Shown here piece by piece: positions 27,367 to 37,206 of a stretch of 64,000 nt of DNA. Source of the DNA: Candidatus Aminicenantes bacterium. GTDB taxonomy: Bacteria; Acidobacteriota; Aminicenantia; Aminicenantales; UBA4085. The notes beneath the pieces were generated by a model that was not told where the DNA came from, did no database searches, and saw only the letters and a program-made list of their open reading frames with translations. The stretch is from assembly GCA_963729855.1 (NCBI GenBank), contig CAVSPT010000002.1, positions 10,012 through 74,011 of the forward strand, read 5' to 3'. The position numbers and the translations under genes are program-made. Each line of letters starts with the position of its first letter. The stretch's first letter is position 1.

Positions 27367-27831
27367 GAAGAATCGTTAATCGGAAGCTATCAGGCCACCC
27401 TCGACAAGGCCGGCCGCCTCAAAATCCCTGAGCGGTTCCGGGTCCTCATCGAGGCGCGGTACGGCCCCGAACTGTTCATCACCTCCCTGGAAAACGAATC
27501 CGTCCGGATCTTCCCTCTTTCCGTCTGGAAAGAAATGACGGGCACCTCCGAGCAGAGCATGGCGTTCATTCGCCCCAGCTACCGCGAGTTCTTCCTCCGC
27601 GCCCACGGCCGCGGCTGCCCCGGCGAGATCGACGCGAAAGGCCGCGTCCTGATCGCGCCCCGGCTTCGCGAAAAGAACGGGCTTCGGGGCGAGGTCGAAG
27701 TCGTCGGCATGAACAATCATCTGGAAGTCTGGGACAAGGACCGCCTGGAGGCGAAACTCGATCAGAATCCGCTGACCGCGGAGGATTTCGAGAAATTCGC
27801 CTCGCTCGGGCCCGTCCGGAAGCCGGAATGA
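27361..27831 (+). CDS. mraZ: Transcriptional regulator MraZ
   Basis: LIGSYQATLDKAGRLKIPERFR aligns with MraZ N-terminus; two MraZ repeats; start set at ATG 27361 because the ORF-track TTG 27331 lies inside the -10 element. Confidence 0.85.
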   Translation: MGEESLIGSYQATLDKAGRLKIPERFRVLIEARYGPELFITSLENESVRIFPLSVWKEMTGTSEQSMAFIRPSYREFFLRAHGRGCPGEIDAKGRVLIAPRLREKNGLRGEVEVVGMNNHLEVWDKDRLEAKLDQNPLTAEDFEKFASLGPVRKPE

Positions 27832-28724
27832 GCCAACCTGAACATATCCCCGTCCTGCTCGACGAAACCCTGAGCGCCTTGGACGCCGGCCGCCCGGGCC
27901 TCTACGTCGACGGCACCATCGGACTGGGCGGTCATTCGTCGGCGATCCTCGGCCGCAATCCCGAAGCCCGGATCGTCGGGCTCGATCTCGACGAAGCGGC
28001 CCTCAAGATCGCCCAGGAGCGCCTGGCCCCGTTCGGGGACCGGGTCACCCTCTATCACTCGGATTACCGCAACCTGCCCGAACTGGACATCGATTTCAAG
28101 GCCTTGCGAGGCGTCCTGATCGATATGGGCATGTCTTCGTTTCAGCTCGATTCTCCCGAGCGGGGCTTCAGCCACCAGGCGGACGGCCCCCTCGACATGC
28201 GCATGGACATGCGGAACAAGACGACCGCCGCACGCATCCTGGAGAAAGCCTCGGAGGCCAAGCTGGCCCAGATCTTCCGGGATTACGGCGAGTTCAAGCA
28301 GGCCCACAAGCTGGCCCGGGCGATCGCTTCCGCCCGCCGGGTCCAGGCCCTGGAGAGCACGACCCAGCTCCGGCTCATCGTCGAGGATGTCTGCCGCTGG
28401 ATCCCCCAAAAGGGCAAGATCCACCCGGCCTCCAAGGTCTTCCAGGCCCTTCGCATCGAGGTCAACGATGAGCTGACCAATCTGGGCGGGTTCCTGGAAT
28501 CGGCGCTCGGGATGCTTCGGCCCGGCGCCCGCCTGGCCGTCATCGCCTTCCATTCCCTCGAAGACCGAATCGTCAAGCACACGTTCCTGCGCCTGGCCAA
28601 ACCCGAGACCGGGGAGCCGATCATCGGGATCCTGACCAGGCATCCCGTGGTCCCCTCGGACGAAGAGATCGCCGGCAATCCCCGCGGCCGCTCGGCCAAG
28701 CTGCGGGCGGCGGTGAGGGTCTGA
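27828..28724 (+). CDS. rsmH: 16S rRNA (cytosine1402-N4)-methyltransferase
   Basis: 298 aa; SAM-binding DGTIGLGGHS, conserved dcw position after mraZ. Confidence 0.9.
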   Translation: MSQPEHIPVLLDETLSALDAGRPGLYVDGTIGLGGHSSAILGRNPEARIVGLDLDEAALKIAQERLAPFGDRVTLYHSDYRNLPELDIDFKALRGVLIDMGMSSFQLDSPERGFSHQADGPLDMRMDMRNKTTAARILEKASEAKLAQIFRDYGEFKQAHKLARAIASARRVQALESTTQLRLIVEDVCRWIPQKGKIHPASKVFQALRIEVNDELTNLGGFLESALGMLRPGARLAVIAFHSLEDRIVKHTFLRLAKPETGEPIIGILTRHPVVPSDEEIAGNPRGRSAKLRAAVRV

Positions 28725-29011
28725 TGGTCCGCCGGCAATACTCCTTCCGGCAGATCGCGGGCTGGACCGCTCTGGCCCTTCTTTTCGCGGCCGTCTTGAC
28801 CCTTTACCTCTGGCATCTCAACGAGAACATCCGCCTGGGCTGGGAGAACGCCAGGCTCGAAAGCGAGAAGATCGCCGTACGCGAGCAGGTGGAGAGGCTC
28901 CAGGCCCGCAAGGCCCAGCTGCTGGCCCCCGACCGCGTCGAGAAGATCGCCAAAAGCGAGTTGAAGCTGGGCGAGCCGCGCCAGGACCAGATCGTCTATG
29001 AGGAGCGCTGA
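28724..29011 (+). CDS. ftsL: Cell division protein FtsL
   Basis: 95 aa; single TM then coiled coil, positioned between rsmH and ftsI. Confidence 0.6.
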   Translation: MVRRQYSFRQIAGWTALALLFAAVLTLYLWHLNENIRLGWENARLESEKIAVREQVERLQARKAQLLAPDRVEKIAKSELKLGEPRQDQIVYEER

Positions 29012-30773
29012 GAACGTGCCGGTCGCCAACTTCCTCAACGATCACTACCGCAAACAGGCCCGTCTGCGCACGCGGATCGTGGCCCTTTTCTGCACGCTCT
29101 GGCTCCTGATCATCGTCGTCCGCCTCGTCCAGATCCAGGTTTTCGGCCATGCCCGGGCCGAGGCCCGAGTGAACGAACAGAACCGGAGCCAGACGGACAT
29201 CCTGCCGCGCCGGGGCACGATCTATGACCGCCAGGGCCGGATCCTGGCCCTCAGCCTTCCGGCCCGCTCGGTTTACTACATAACCAACCCGGCCGATCCC
29301 ATCCCGGCCCGGATCGAGCCCATCCGCCGCCTGGCCGGGGCCCTGGGCTTGACCGCCAAGGAACTGGAAAAGATCGAGAGCCAGATCCGGGCGAACGCCG
29401 GCCGCGTCTGGCTCAAGCGTAAGATCGGACCCGCCGCCGCCGCCCACGTGTTCAATCGGAAGCTGGGCATTGTCTATCAGGAAGAAACCAAGCGCTCCTA
29501 TCCTCTCGGCACGCTGGCCGCGCAAGTCCTGGGCGGCGTCAACATCGATGAGAAGGGCGTCTCCGGGATCGAACTCAAATTCAACGCCGTGCTGCAGGGG
29601 AAAAAAGGCCAGACCATGGCCTTCCGGGACGCGTTGAAACACGAATACTATTACGAGGTCATCGAGGAGCCGGAGAACGGCCGGGACATCGTCCTGACCC
29701 TGGATGCGACCATCCAGTTTTACGCCCAGTCCAGCATCCAGAAAGCTGTCGCCGAAACCGGAGCGGCCTGGGGGACGGCGATCGTCTCCGACCCCGGCAC
29801 GGGCGACATCCTGGCCATGGCCACATCCCCCGGCTTCGATCCCAACGAGTACCCAGCCCAGCCCGAAGCCGATTTCAACCGGGCCGTGCGCCATATGTAC
29901 GAGCCGGGCTCGACGTTCAAGATCGTCACCGCCGCGGCCGCCCTGGAAAACCGCGTCGTCACGCCGGCCGACACGTTCGATTGCCGCAAAGGTTCGATCG
30001 ACGTGGCCGGAGGGGCCATCCGCGACCACCAGCAGATGGGCGTGCTCTCGTTCGCCGAAGTCATCACCAATTCCTCCAACATCGGCACGATCATGATCGG
30101 CCAGCGCCTGAGCGAGGAACAGCTCTTCCGGATGATCAACGTATTCGGGTTCGGCCGGCGGACGGGCATCGAACTTCCGGCCGAGGCGACGGGCAGGCTG
30201 GCGCCCCTCGGACAATGGAGCCGCCGCTCCCAGCCGTCGCTCTCGATCGGCTACGAAATCCAGGTGACGCCCATCCAGGTCCTTCAGGCCATGAACATCG
30301 TGGCCAACCGCGGCCGCTTCGTTCCGCCCCGCATCGTCAAGTCGATCCAGGGCAGCCGGCTCCGCTCGACCGAATCGCAGCCGGCCGTCGTCCTGTCCCC
30401 CGGCGTCAGCGAAACGCTGGCCGGAATCCTGGAGCGGGCGGTGAACGAAGGCACGGGCAAAGCGGCCCGGCCGGAAGGCTTCGACGCGGCCGGGAAGACC
30501 GGAACGACCCAGAAATTCGATACGGCCTTGAAGGCCTATTCAACCTTGCGCCACACCGCATCCTTCGTCGGCTTCGTCCCCGCCGACAAGCCGGTCCTGT
30601 CCATCATCGTCGTTCTGGACGATCCCCGGACCGAAGAGCAGTACGGCGGCCAGCTGGCCGCGCCCGTATTCCGCGAAATCGCCCTGCGGTCCCTGCGGAC
30701 CCTCGGAATCCGCCCGGACCGGAGAATTCCGGCCCTGCAGGCCGGCAAGCGCGCGGAGAAAGGACGGCCATGA
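28998..30773 (+). CDS. ftsI: Peptidoglycan D,D-transpeptidase FtsI (PBP3)
   Basis: 591 aa; N-terminal TM, transpeptidase motifs STFK, SSN, KTGT. Confidence 0.9.
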   Translation: MRSAENVPVANFLNDHYRKQARLRTRIVALFCTLWLLIIVVRLVQIQVFGHARAEARVNEQNRSQTDILPRRGTIYDRQGRILALSLPARSVYYITNPADPIPARIEPIRRLAGALGLTAKELEKIESQIRANAGRVWLKRKIGPAAAAHVFNRKLGIVYQEETKRSYPLGTLAAQVLGGVNIDEKGVSGIELKFNAVLQGKKGQTMAFRDALKHEYYYEVIEEPENGRDIVLTLDATIQFYAQSSIQKAVAETGAAWGTAIVSDPGTGDILAMATSPGFDPNEYPAQPEADFNRAVRHMYEPGSTFKIVTAAAALENRVVTPADTFDCRKGSIDVAGGAIRDHQQMGVLSFAEVITNSSNIGTIMIGQRLSEEQLFRMINVFGFGRRTGIELPAEATGRLAPLGQWSRRSQPSLSIGYEIQVTPIQVLQAMNIVANRGRFVPPRIVKSIQGSRLRSTESQPAVVLSPGVSETLAGILERAVNEGTGKAARPEGFDAAGKTGTTQKFDTALKAYSTLRHTASFVGFVPADKPVLSIIVVLDDPRTEEQYGGQLAAPVFREIALRSLRTLGIRPDRRIPALQAGKRAEKGRP

Positions 30774-32236
30774 CCCTGGAAGAGCTGTTCCGCGGCGTTC
30801 CCGTGCTTCTTCTGTCCGGTGATCCACGGACGGACATCACCTCCCTGGCCTACTCCTCGGCCGATGTCCGGCCGGGCGGGCTGTTCGCCGCCCTCAAGGG
30901 CGAGGTTCATGATGGAATCATCTACATCGGCGACGCCCTGGCCCGCGGCGCTTCGGCCGTCCTGTCCGACCGCCCCAAGCCGGACGGTATCGGCGCGGCC
31001 TGGGTCCAGGTCTTCGATGCCCGCGAGGCGTTGGCCCTGGCCTCGGCCAACTTCTATGGCCATCCTTCGCGGCGGATGACCCTCGTCGGCATCACCGGGA
31101 CCAAAGGCAAAACGACGATGACCTACCTGCTCGAGGCCATCTTGCGCAACGCCGGATTCAGCGTGGGTGTGATCGGGACGATCAATTACCGCGGCCCCGG
31201 GTTCGTCCGGGAAGCCAAGCGGACGACCCCCGAGGCCCCCGATCTCCAGAGCATGCTGGCCGAAATGGCCGAGGGGGGCGCCACCCACGGGATCATGGAA
31301 GTTTCCTCCCACGCCCTCGACCGCAAGCGCGTCGTCGGGGTGGCCTTCGATGTGGCCGTCTTCACCAACCTGAGCAACGAGCACCTCGACTACCACCTGA
31401 CGATGGAGGACTACTTCGCGGCCAAGAAAAAGATCTTTTTCCTCAATTCCAAGAAGCGCACCGCGGTCGTCAACCAGGACGACCCCTGGGGCCAGAAACT
31501 CATCGCCGAGCTGCCCATGACCACGGTCACTTACGGCCTGAGCCCGGCGGCCCTGGTCTGGGCCGAACGGTTCAAGCTGAACGGCGCGGGCATCGAAGCC
31601 CTCATCAAGCACCCCGGCGGCCAGATCGGCATCACCTCCACCCTGTCGGGAAGGCACAACCTTTACAACATCCTGGCCTCGTTCGCCGTGGCCCTGGCCT
31701 TGAACGTCCCGCCCATGACCATCCGAGACGGCCTGGCGCTCCTGACCCAGGTCCCGGGACGATTCGAGAAGGTCGCCAATACGCTGGGATTCCAGGTCTT
31801 CATCGATTTCGCCCATACCGAGGATTCCCTGCGCAACATCTTGGAGACGGCCCGCGACCTCAAGCCGGCCCGGCTCCTGGTGGTGTTCGGAGCGGGCGGC
31901 GACCGCGACCGGATGAAACGCGCGCCGATGGGGCGGGCCGCGTCCGAATTGGCCGATTGGGTCATCCTGACTTCGGACAATCCTCGCTCCGAAGACCCCC
32001 AAGCCATCCTCCGCGACATCGAAAAAGGCCTCCTCGAAGCGGGGAAAAAATCCTACGCCGTGGTGCCCGACCGGCGGGAGGCCATCGCCAAGGCCCTGGG
32101 CATGGCCCGGAAGGGTGACTTGATCGTCATCGCCGGCAAGGGCCACGAAACGTACCAGGAGATCAAGGGCCGGACGGAGCATTTCAGCGACGTCGAAACG
32201 GCCCGCGAGGTCCTTCTGTCCCTGGGATCGAAATAG
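30770..32236 (+). CDS. murE: UDP-MurNAc-tripeptide synthetase (m-DAP/Lys adding)
   Basis: 488 aa; ATGA overlap with ftsI stop; Mur ligase GITGTKGKTT P-loop; ORF-track 751-aa frame is an artefactual upstream extension. Confidence 0.9.
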   Translation: MTLEELFRGVPVLLLSGDPRTDITSLAYSSADVRPGGLFAALKGEVHDGIIYIGDALARGASAVLSDRPKPDGIGAAWVQVFDAREALALASANFYGHPSRRMTLVGITGTKGKTTMTYLLEAILRNAGFSVGVIGTINYRGPGFVREAKRTTPEAPDLQSMLAEMAEGGATHGIMEVSSHALDRKRVVGVAFDVAVFTNLSNEHLDYHLTMEDYFAAKKKIFFLNSKKRTAVVNQDDPWGQKLIAELPMTTVTYGLSPAALVWAERFKLNGAGIEALIKHPGGQIGITSTLSGRHNLYNILASFAVALALNVPPMTIRDGLALLTQVPGRFEKVANTLGFQVFIDFAHTEDSLRNILETARDLKPARLLVVFGAGGDRDRMKRAPMGRAASELADWVILTSDNPRSEDPQAILRDIEKGLLEAGKKSYAVVPDRREAIAKALGMARKGDLIVIAGKGHETYQEIKGRTEHFSDVETAREVLLSLGSK

Positions 32237-32238
32237 CC

Positions 32239-33627
32239 ATGGCCGAGCTGCGCGCGGACTGGATCGCGGACCGGGCGGGCGGCGTGCTCGTCCAGGGCCC
32301 GTCGGACCGGCATTTCCGCTCCTTCACCATCGATTCCCGCCGAACCGGCGAAGGGGACCTTTTCTTCGCCATCGTCTCCTCCCGCGATGGGCATGCCTTC
32401 GTCGCCGACGCCGCCGAACGGGGCGCGCGAGGGGCGGTCGTGTCCCGGGCGGTGGAGGGGCTGCCCCCCGATTTCGTCATCATCCGGACGGCCGACACGG
32501 TCCGCGCCCTGCAGGCGCTGGCCCGGGCCGTCCTGCTCATCCGCCTGCGGCGGGTCATCGGCATAACCGGAAGCGTGGGCAAGACCACGACCAAGGATTT
32601 TACGGCCGGACTTCTGGCCGACCGCTATACCGTCCTCAAGTCCGAGGGCAATTTCAACAACCATCTCGGCTTGGCCCTCTCCCTTCTGAGGCTCGAAGCC
32701 GCCCACACGGCGGCCGTCCTGGAGATGGGCATGAGCGCACCGGGCGAGATCCGGGTTCTGACCGCGATCGCCCCGCCCGATGTGGCCGTCATCACCAACG
32801 TCAGCCCTGCCCACCTCCAAACGCTCGGCACGATCGAAGCCATCGCCGCGGCCAAGTGGGAGATCGTCGCCGGATTAAAACCGGGCGGAACGGCCGTTCT
32901 CAACGGGGACGACCCCGCAATCCGGGCCGTTTCCGAGGGCTGGATCGGCCGGATCTTGCGCTTCGGGCTGGGGGACGGATGCGACGTGAAGGCCCTGACC
33001 GTCGAGCGGCGCGGCTTCGAGGGCTTCGCCTTCGACCTGCAGGCCGGCGGGCGGACGGTCCGGACGCGGCTGCGGTTCCTGACGGAAGGCTACCTTTACA
33101 ATGCCCTGGCCGCCGCGACCGTGGCCTATGCCCTCAACATGCCCCTGCCCGACATCGCCGCCGCCATCGCCGACCTGCGCCCGGCCCCGAAACGGGGCGA
33201 TTGGAAGATCCTCGGCCGGGGCGTCGTCCTGGTCGACGATTCGTACAACTCCAATCCCAAGGCCCTGGAAGCGGCCCTGCGCGGCCTGGGCGACCTGCCC
33301 GCCGGCCGCCGGGTCGCCGTTCTGGGCGACATGCTCGAGCTCGGCCCGGAGGAGGCCCGCTTCCATGCGGAGGCCGGCCGGACCGCGGCCGGGACGGGCT
33401 GGGATGTGATCGTCGCCGTGGGTCCTCTGGCCCGCGGGCTGGCCGAGGCGGCCTGCGCCGCCGGAATGGCCGCGGACCGGATTGCCGCCTTCGACACCAG
33501 CGAGGAAGCCGCCGCGGCCCTGCCCGCCGTGCTTCGCCCCGGCGATCTCGTCCTGGTCAAGGGATCGAGGGGCGTACGCACCGAAATCGTCGTCGAAGCG
33601 GTCAAGACCCTTTTCAAGGAGAATTGA
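32239..33627 (+). CDS. murF: UDP-MurNAc-pentapeptide synthetase
   Basis: 462 aa; Mur ligase GITGSVGKTTTK. Confidence 0.9.
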   Translation: MAELRADWIADRAGGVLVQGPSDRHFRSFTIDSRRTGEGDLFFAIVSSRDGHAFVADAAERGARGAVVSRAVEGLPPDFVIIRTADTVRALQALARAVLLIRLRRVIGITGSVGKTTTKDFTAGLLADRYTVLKSEGNFNNHLGLALSLLRLEAAHTAAVLEMGMSAPGEIRVLTAIAPPDVAVITNVSPAHLQTLGTIEAIAAAKWEIVAGLKPGGTAVLNGDDPAIRAVSEGWIGRILRFGLGDGCDVKALTVERRGFEGFAFDLQAGGRTVRTRLRFLTEGYLYNALAAATVAYALNMPLPDIAAAIADLRPAPKRGDWKILGRGVVLVDDSYNSNPKALEAALRGLGDLPAGRRVAVLGDMLELGPEEARFHAEAGRTAAGTGWDVIVAVGPLARGLAEAACAAGMAADRIAAFDTSEEAAAALPAVLRPGDLVLVKGSRGVRTEIVVEAVKTLFKEN

Positions 33628-33628
33628 C

Positions 33629-34717
33629 GTGTTCACCTGGCTGCTCGTTCCGCTCAAAAGCACGCTCTCCTTCTTCAACGTCTTCCATTACATCACCGTC
33701 CGCACCGCCCTGGCCGGGATCACCGCCCTGGTCCTGAGCTTTCTCTTCGGGCCCGTCCTCATCCGAAGCCTGAAGAAGCGGCAGATCGGGCAGGAGATCC
33801 GGGCCGAAGGCCCGCAGTCGCATTTCTCCAAGAAGGGCACGCCCTCGATGGGCGGGCTGCTGATCATCGGGACGACCATCGTCCCGACGCTCCTCTGGGG
33901 CGATCTCAACGACACCTATATCTGGCTGGTCATGGCCACCATGTTGACCTTCGGGCTGGTCGGCTGGCTGGACGATTACCTCAAGTTCCGAAAGAAGCGC
34001 TCCCTCGGCCTGATCGCCCGCTACAAGCTCGTCCTTCAGCTGGGTCCGGCCGTAATCTGCGGGGGGATCATCCTCTGGCTGGGCCGGGCCGGGCACTTCG
34101 ACCTGCACCTTTTCTTCCCCATCCTCAAGCAGTGGCTCCCCTACCTGGGCTGGCTCTATTGGCCCTGGATCGTCTTCATCCTCCTCAACTCCACGAACGC
34201 GGTCAACCTGGCCGACGGCCTGGACGGCCTGGCCATCGGCCTGACGCTCATCAGCGCCACGGCCCTGACCGCCCTGACCTACATCGCCGGACACGCCGTG
34301 TTCTCCAAGTACCTCTATATCGCCCGGGTTCCGATGGCGGCCGAGCTGACCGTCTTCGGCGGCGCCCTGACCGGCGCCTGCCTCGGATTCCTGTGGTTCA
34401 ACTCCCACCCCGCCCAGATCTTCATGGGCGACGTCGGGGCTCTCTCGCTGGGGGCCACCCTGGCCGTGATGGCCATCCTGATCAAGCAGGAATTCCTGCT
34501 TTTCGCCGTGGCCGGCGTCTTCATCATTGAGGAGATCTCGGTCGTCCTGCAAGTCTCCTATTTCCGTTTGTCCAAGGGCAAACGCATCTTCAAGATGGCC
34601 CCGCTCCACCACCATTTCGAGATCCTCGGCTGGCCCGAGGAGAAGGTCGTGGTGCGCTTCTGGATCCTGGGGATCATCTTCGCCCTGTTCAGCCTGACCA
34701 CCCTGAAATTGAGATGA
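33629..34717 (+). CDS. mraY: Phospho-N-acetylmuramoyl-pentapeptide transferase
   Basis: 362 aa starting GTG 33629 (VFTWLLVPLK...); 10 TM helices, MraY motifs NAVNLADGLDGLA, HHHFE. Confidence 0.9.
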   Translation: MFTWLLVPLKSTLSFFNVFHYITVRTALAGITALVLSFLFGPVLIRSLKKRQIGQEIRAEGPQSHFSKKGTPSMGGLLIIGTTIVPTLLWGDLNDTYIWLVMATMLTFGLVGWLDDYLKFRKKRSLGLIARYKLVLQLGPAVICGGIILWLGRAGHFDLHLFFPILKQWLPYLGWLYWPWIVFILLNSTNAVNLADGLDGLAIGLTLISATALTALTYIAGHAVFSKYLYIARVPMAAELTVFGGALTGACLGFLWFNSHPAQIFMGDVGALSLGATLAVMAILIKQEFLLFAVAGVFIIEEISVVLQVSYFRLSKGKRIFKMAPLHHHFEILGWPEEKVVVRFWILGIIFALFSLTTLKLR

Positions 34718-36096
34718 TCATGGAATTGCGCGGCAAACACGTCGTCGTCGTCGGGCTGGCCCGGACGGGGAATTCCCTGGCCGAGTTCCTGCTCGCCGAA
34801 GGCGCGCGGTTGACCATCAGCGAAAAGCGGCCGGCCGAAGCCCTCGGTCCGGAGCGGGCCGCCTGGACGGCCCGCGGCGCGGCCGTCGAATGCGGCGGCC
34901 ACGACGCGGCGACGTTTCTGTCCGCCGATCTGATCGTGCCCAGCCCGGGCGTCCCCAAGCTGGCCGAAATCGAAGCGGCCCGAAGAGCGGGCGTGCCCGT
35001 CCTGTCCGAGATCGAACTGGCGTACGGGTTCCTCAAGGGGACCCTGATCGGCATCACCGGCACGAACGGCAAATCGACGACCGCCACCTTGACCCACAAG
35101 ATTCTGGCCGACGGCGGGCGGCGGGCTTTTCTCTCCGGCAACATCGGCGTGCCCCTGCTGTCCTTCGTCCGGGACAGCCGTCCGGATGACATCTACGTCA
35201 TAGAAATAAGCAGCTTCCAGCTGGAATACATCGAGCGCTTCAAGGTCCACATCGCCGCCGTGCTCAATATTTCCCGGAACCACATCGACTGGCACGGCTC
35301 GTTTGAGAACTACTGGGGGGCCAAGAAGAAGCTCGTTTCGGCCCTGGTCAGGGGCGACTTCGCCGTTCTGAACGGAGACGACGAAAAAGTCTGGGCCCTG
35401 GCCGGCAGCGGCCCCTTCCGGACCTACGCCTTCAGCCGGTCGCGCACGATCGAGCCGGGCGCCTACCTGCGGTCCGGGCAGATCGTCCTGGGCGTCGAGA
35501 CGGGGAGGCCCGAAGCCCTCATGCCCGCCGCCGAGATCCCCCTCTTCGGGGCCCACAACCGGGACAACGTCATGGCCGCGGCGCTCATCGGGCGGATCGC
35601 CGGCGTCCCGGCCCCGCGCATGCGCGAATCGATCCGTTCCTTCAAGGCCCTCGAACACCGCCTCGAACGCGTCGCCGTCGTGAGCGGCGTCGAGTTCGTC
35701 AATGATTCCAAGGCCACCACCGTGGACGCCGCGATCAAGGCCATCGAGAGCTTCGACCGGCCCCTCGTCCTGATCCTGGGCGGCAAGGACAAGGACTCGG
35801 ACTTCCAGCCCCTGCGCGGCGCCGTCGCCGGCCGGGTCAAGTCCATCGTCCTGGTCGGCGCGGCCAAGGACAAAATCCGCGCCGCGCTGGAAGGCGCGGG
35901 GGTGCCGATGACCGAGGCCCACGACTACGTCGAGGTCGTCGACCGGGCCTATGCGGAGGCGTCGCCCGGCGATGTCGTTCTGCTTTCTCCGGCCTGCACA
36001 AGCTGGGACATGTTCCCGAGCTTCGAAGTGCGGGGCGAAACGTTCAAAACCGAAGTCCGGCGGCTGGCCGACGCGGCCGTGAAGCGGGGAGAATAG
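34714..36096 (+). CDS. murD: UDP-MurNAc-L-Ala--D-Glu ligase
   Basis: 460 aa; GITGTNGKSTT P-loop, dcw order. Confidence 0.9.
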   Translation: MIMELRGKHVVVVGLARTGNSLAEFLLAEGARLTISEKRPAEALGPERAAWTARGAAVECGGHDAATFLSADLIVPSPGVPKLAEIEAARRAGVPVLSEIELAYGFLKGTLIGITGTNGKSTTATLTHKILADGGRRAFLSGNIGVPLLSFVRDSRPDDIYVIEISSFQLEYIERFKVHIAAVLNISRNHIDWHGSFENYWGAKKKLVSALVRGDFAVLNGDDEKVWALAGSGPFRTYAFSRSRTIEPGAYLRSGQIVLGVETGRPEALMPAAEIPLFGAHNRDNVMAAALIGRIAGVPAPRMRESIRSFKALEHRLERVAVVSGVEFVNDSKATTVDAAIKAIESFDRPLVLILGGKDKDSDFQPLRGAVAGRVKSIVLVGAAKDKIRAALEGAGVPMTEAHDYVEVVDRAYAEASPGDVVLLSPACTSWDMFPSFEVRGETFKTEVRRLADAAVKRGE

Positions 36097-36099
36097 GCC

Positions 36100-37206
36100 A
36101 TGGAAATGGTCCGGCGCTTCGGCTTCGACAAGGCGCTTTTTCTCATCGCCCTGATCCTGGTGGCGGCCGGCGTCCTGATGGTCTTCGACGCCTCGGGCGC
36201 CTTGGCCAACCGGTCCCACCAGCCCTTCTATTTTCTGGTCAACCAGCTGGGCGGAGCCCTGGGCGGAATCGTCCTGCTCTTCGCCGTGGTTTCGGTCAAG
36301 GTCCCCTTCTACGAGAACCGAGTCTTCGTCTTCGGCCTGCTGGGGGTCACCGGCGTGCTGCTGGTCCTCTGCTTCGCCATGCCCGAAGTCGCCAACACGC
36401 ACCGCTGGGTGAACTTCCCGCCCGTCCGCTTCCAGCCTTCCGAGCTGGCCAAGCTCAGCCTGATCCTCTTTCTGGCCAACTATGTCCAATGGTTCAAGGA
36501 CCGGATCAACGAGCTGAAGATCTTCCTCCCCGCCGCGGCCGTGCTCTTCGCCTCCGTCCTCCTCATCCTGCTCGAGCCGGATTTCGGGACGGCCGCGCTG
36601 ACCATGGCCCTGGGCGGCCTGGTCCTCTTTCTGGGCGGCGCCCGCCTGCGTCATTTCCTGTATCTGGGCACGGCCGTCGTCCCGACGTTCTTCGTCTTTC
36701 TCTTCATGGCCCATTACCGCATCACCCGCGTCCTGGAGTTTTTCGCCGGCGCCAAGGACCTGGACAAGGCCTCCTTCCAGGTCGCCCAATCCAAGCTGGC
36801 CGTGGGCGCCGGGGGCGTTCTCGGCACGAGCCTGGGCGAAGGGACGCAGAAGCTCGGCTTCCTGCCCTGCCCTCACACGGATTTCATTTTTTCCGTGATC
36901 GCCGAGGAGCTGGGACTGCTGGGCGCCCTGGCCGTGCTGGCCCTCTTCGCCATCATCGTCTGGCGCGGCCTGAGGATAAGCCTCAAGGCGACCTCCATGG
37001 CCGCCCAGCTGACCGCCGCGGGGATGACCTTTATGCTCGCCCTGCAGACCCTGATCAACATTTCCGTCGTCCTGGGGCTCAGCCCGGCCAAGGGAGTCCC
37101 CCTGCCCCTGATTTCCTTCGGCCGCTCCTCGCTCGTCTGCACGATCCTGGCGGTGGCCGTTCTCCTGCATATTTCCCAGAGAAAGGGCGAGGTCCGGGAA
37201 TACTGA
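36100..37206 (+). CDS. ftsW: Peptidoglycan glycosyltransferase FtsW (SEDS)
   Basis: 368 aa polytopic membrane protein between murD and murG. Confidence 0.85.
   Translation: MEMVRRFGFDKALFLIALILVAAGVLMVFDASGALANRSHQPFYFLVNQLGGALGGIVLLFAVVSVKVPFYENRVFVFGLLGVTGVLLVLCFAMPEVANTHRWVNFPPVRFQPSELAKLSLILFLANYVQWFKDRINELKIFLPAAAVLFASVLLILLEPDFGTAALTMALGGLVLFLGGARLRHFLYLGTAVVPTFFVFLFMAHYRITRVLEFFAGAKDLDKASFQVAQSKLAVGAGGVLGTSLGEGTQKLGFLPCPHTDFIFSVIAEELGLLGALAVLALFAIIVWRGLRISLKATSMAAQLTAAGMTFMLALQTLINISVVLGLSPAKGVPLPLISFGRSSLVCTILAVAVLLHISQRKGEVREY

Noticed and set aside
29981-32236. 751-aa ORF-track frame spanning the ftsI 3' half and murE
   Set aside because: Only the part from ATG 30770 encodes MurE. 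The upstream extension overlaps ftsI in another frame.
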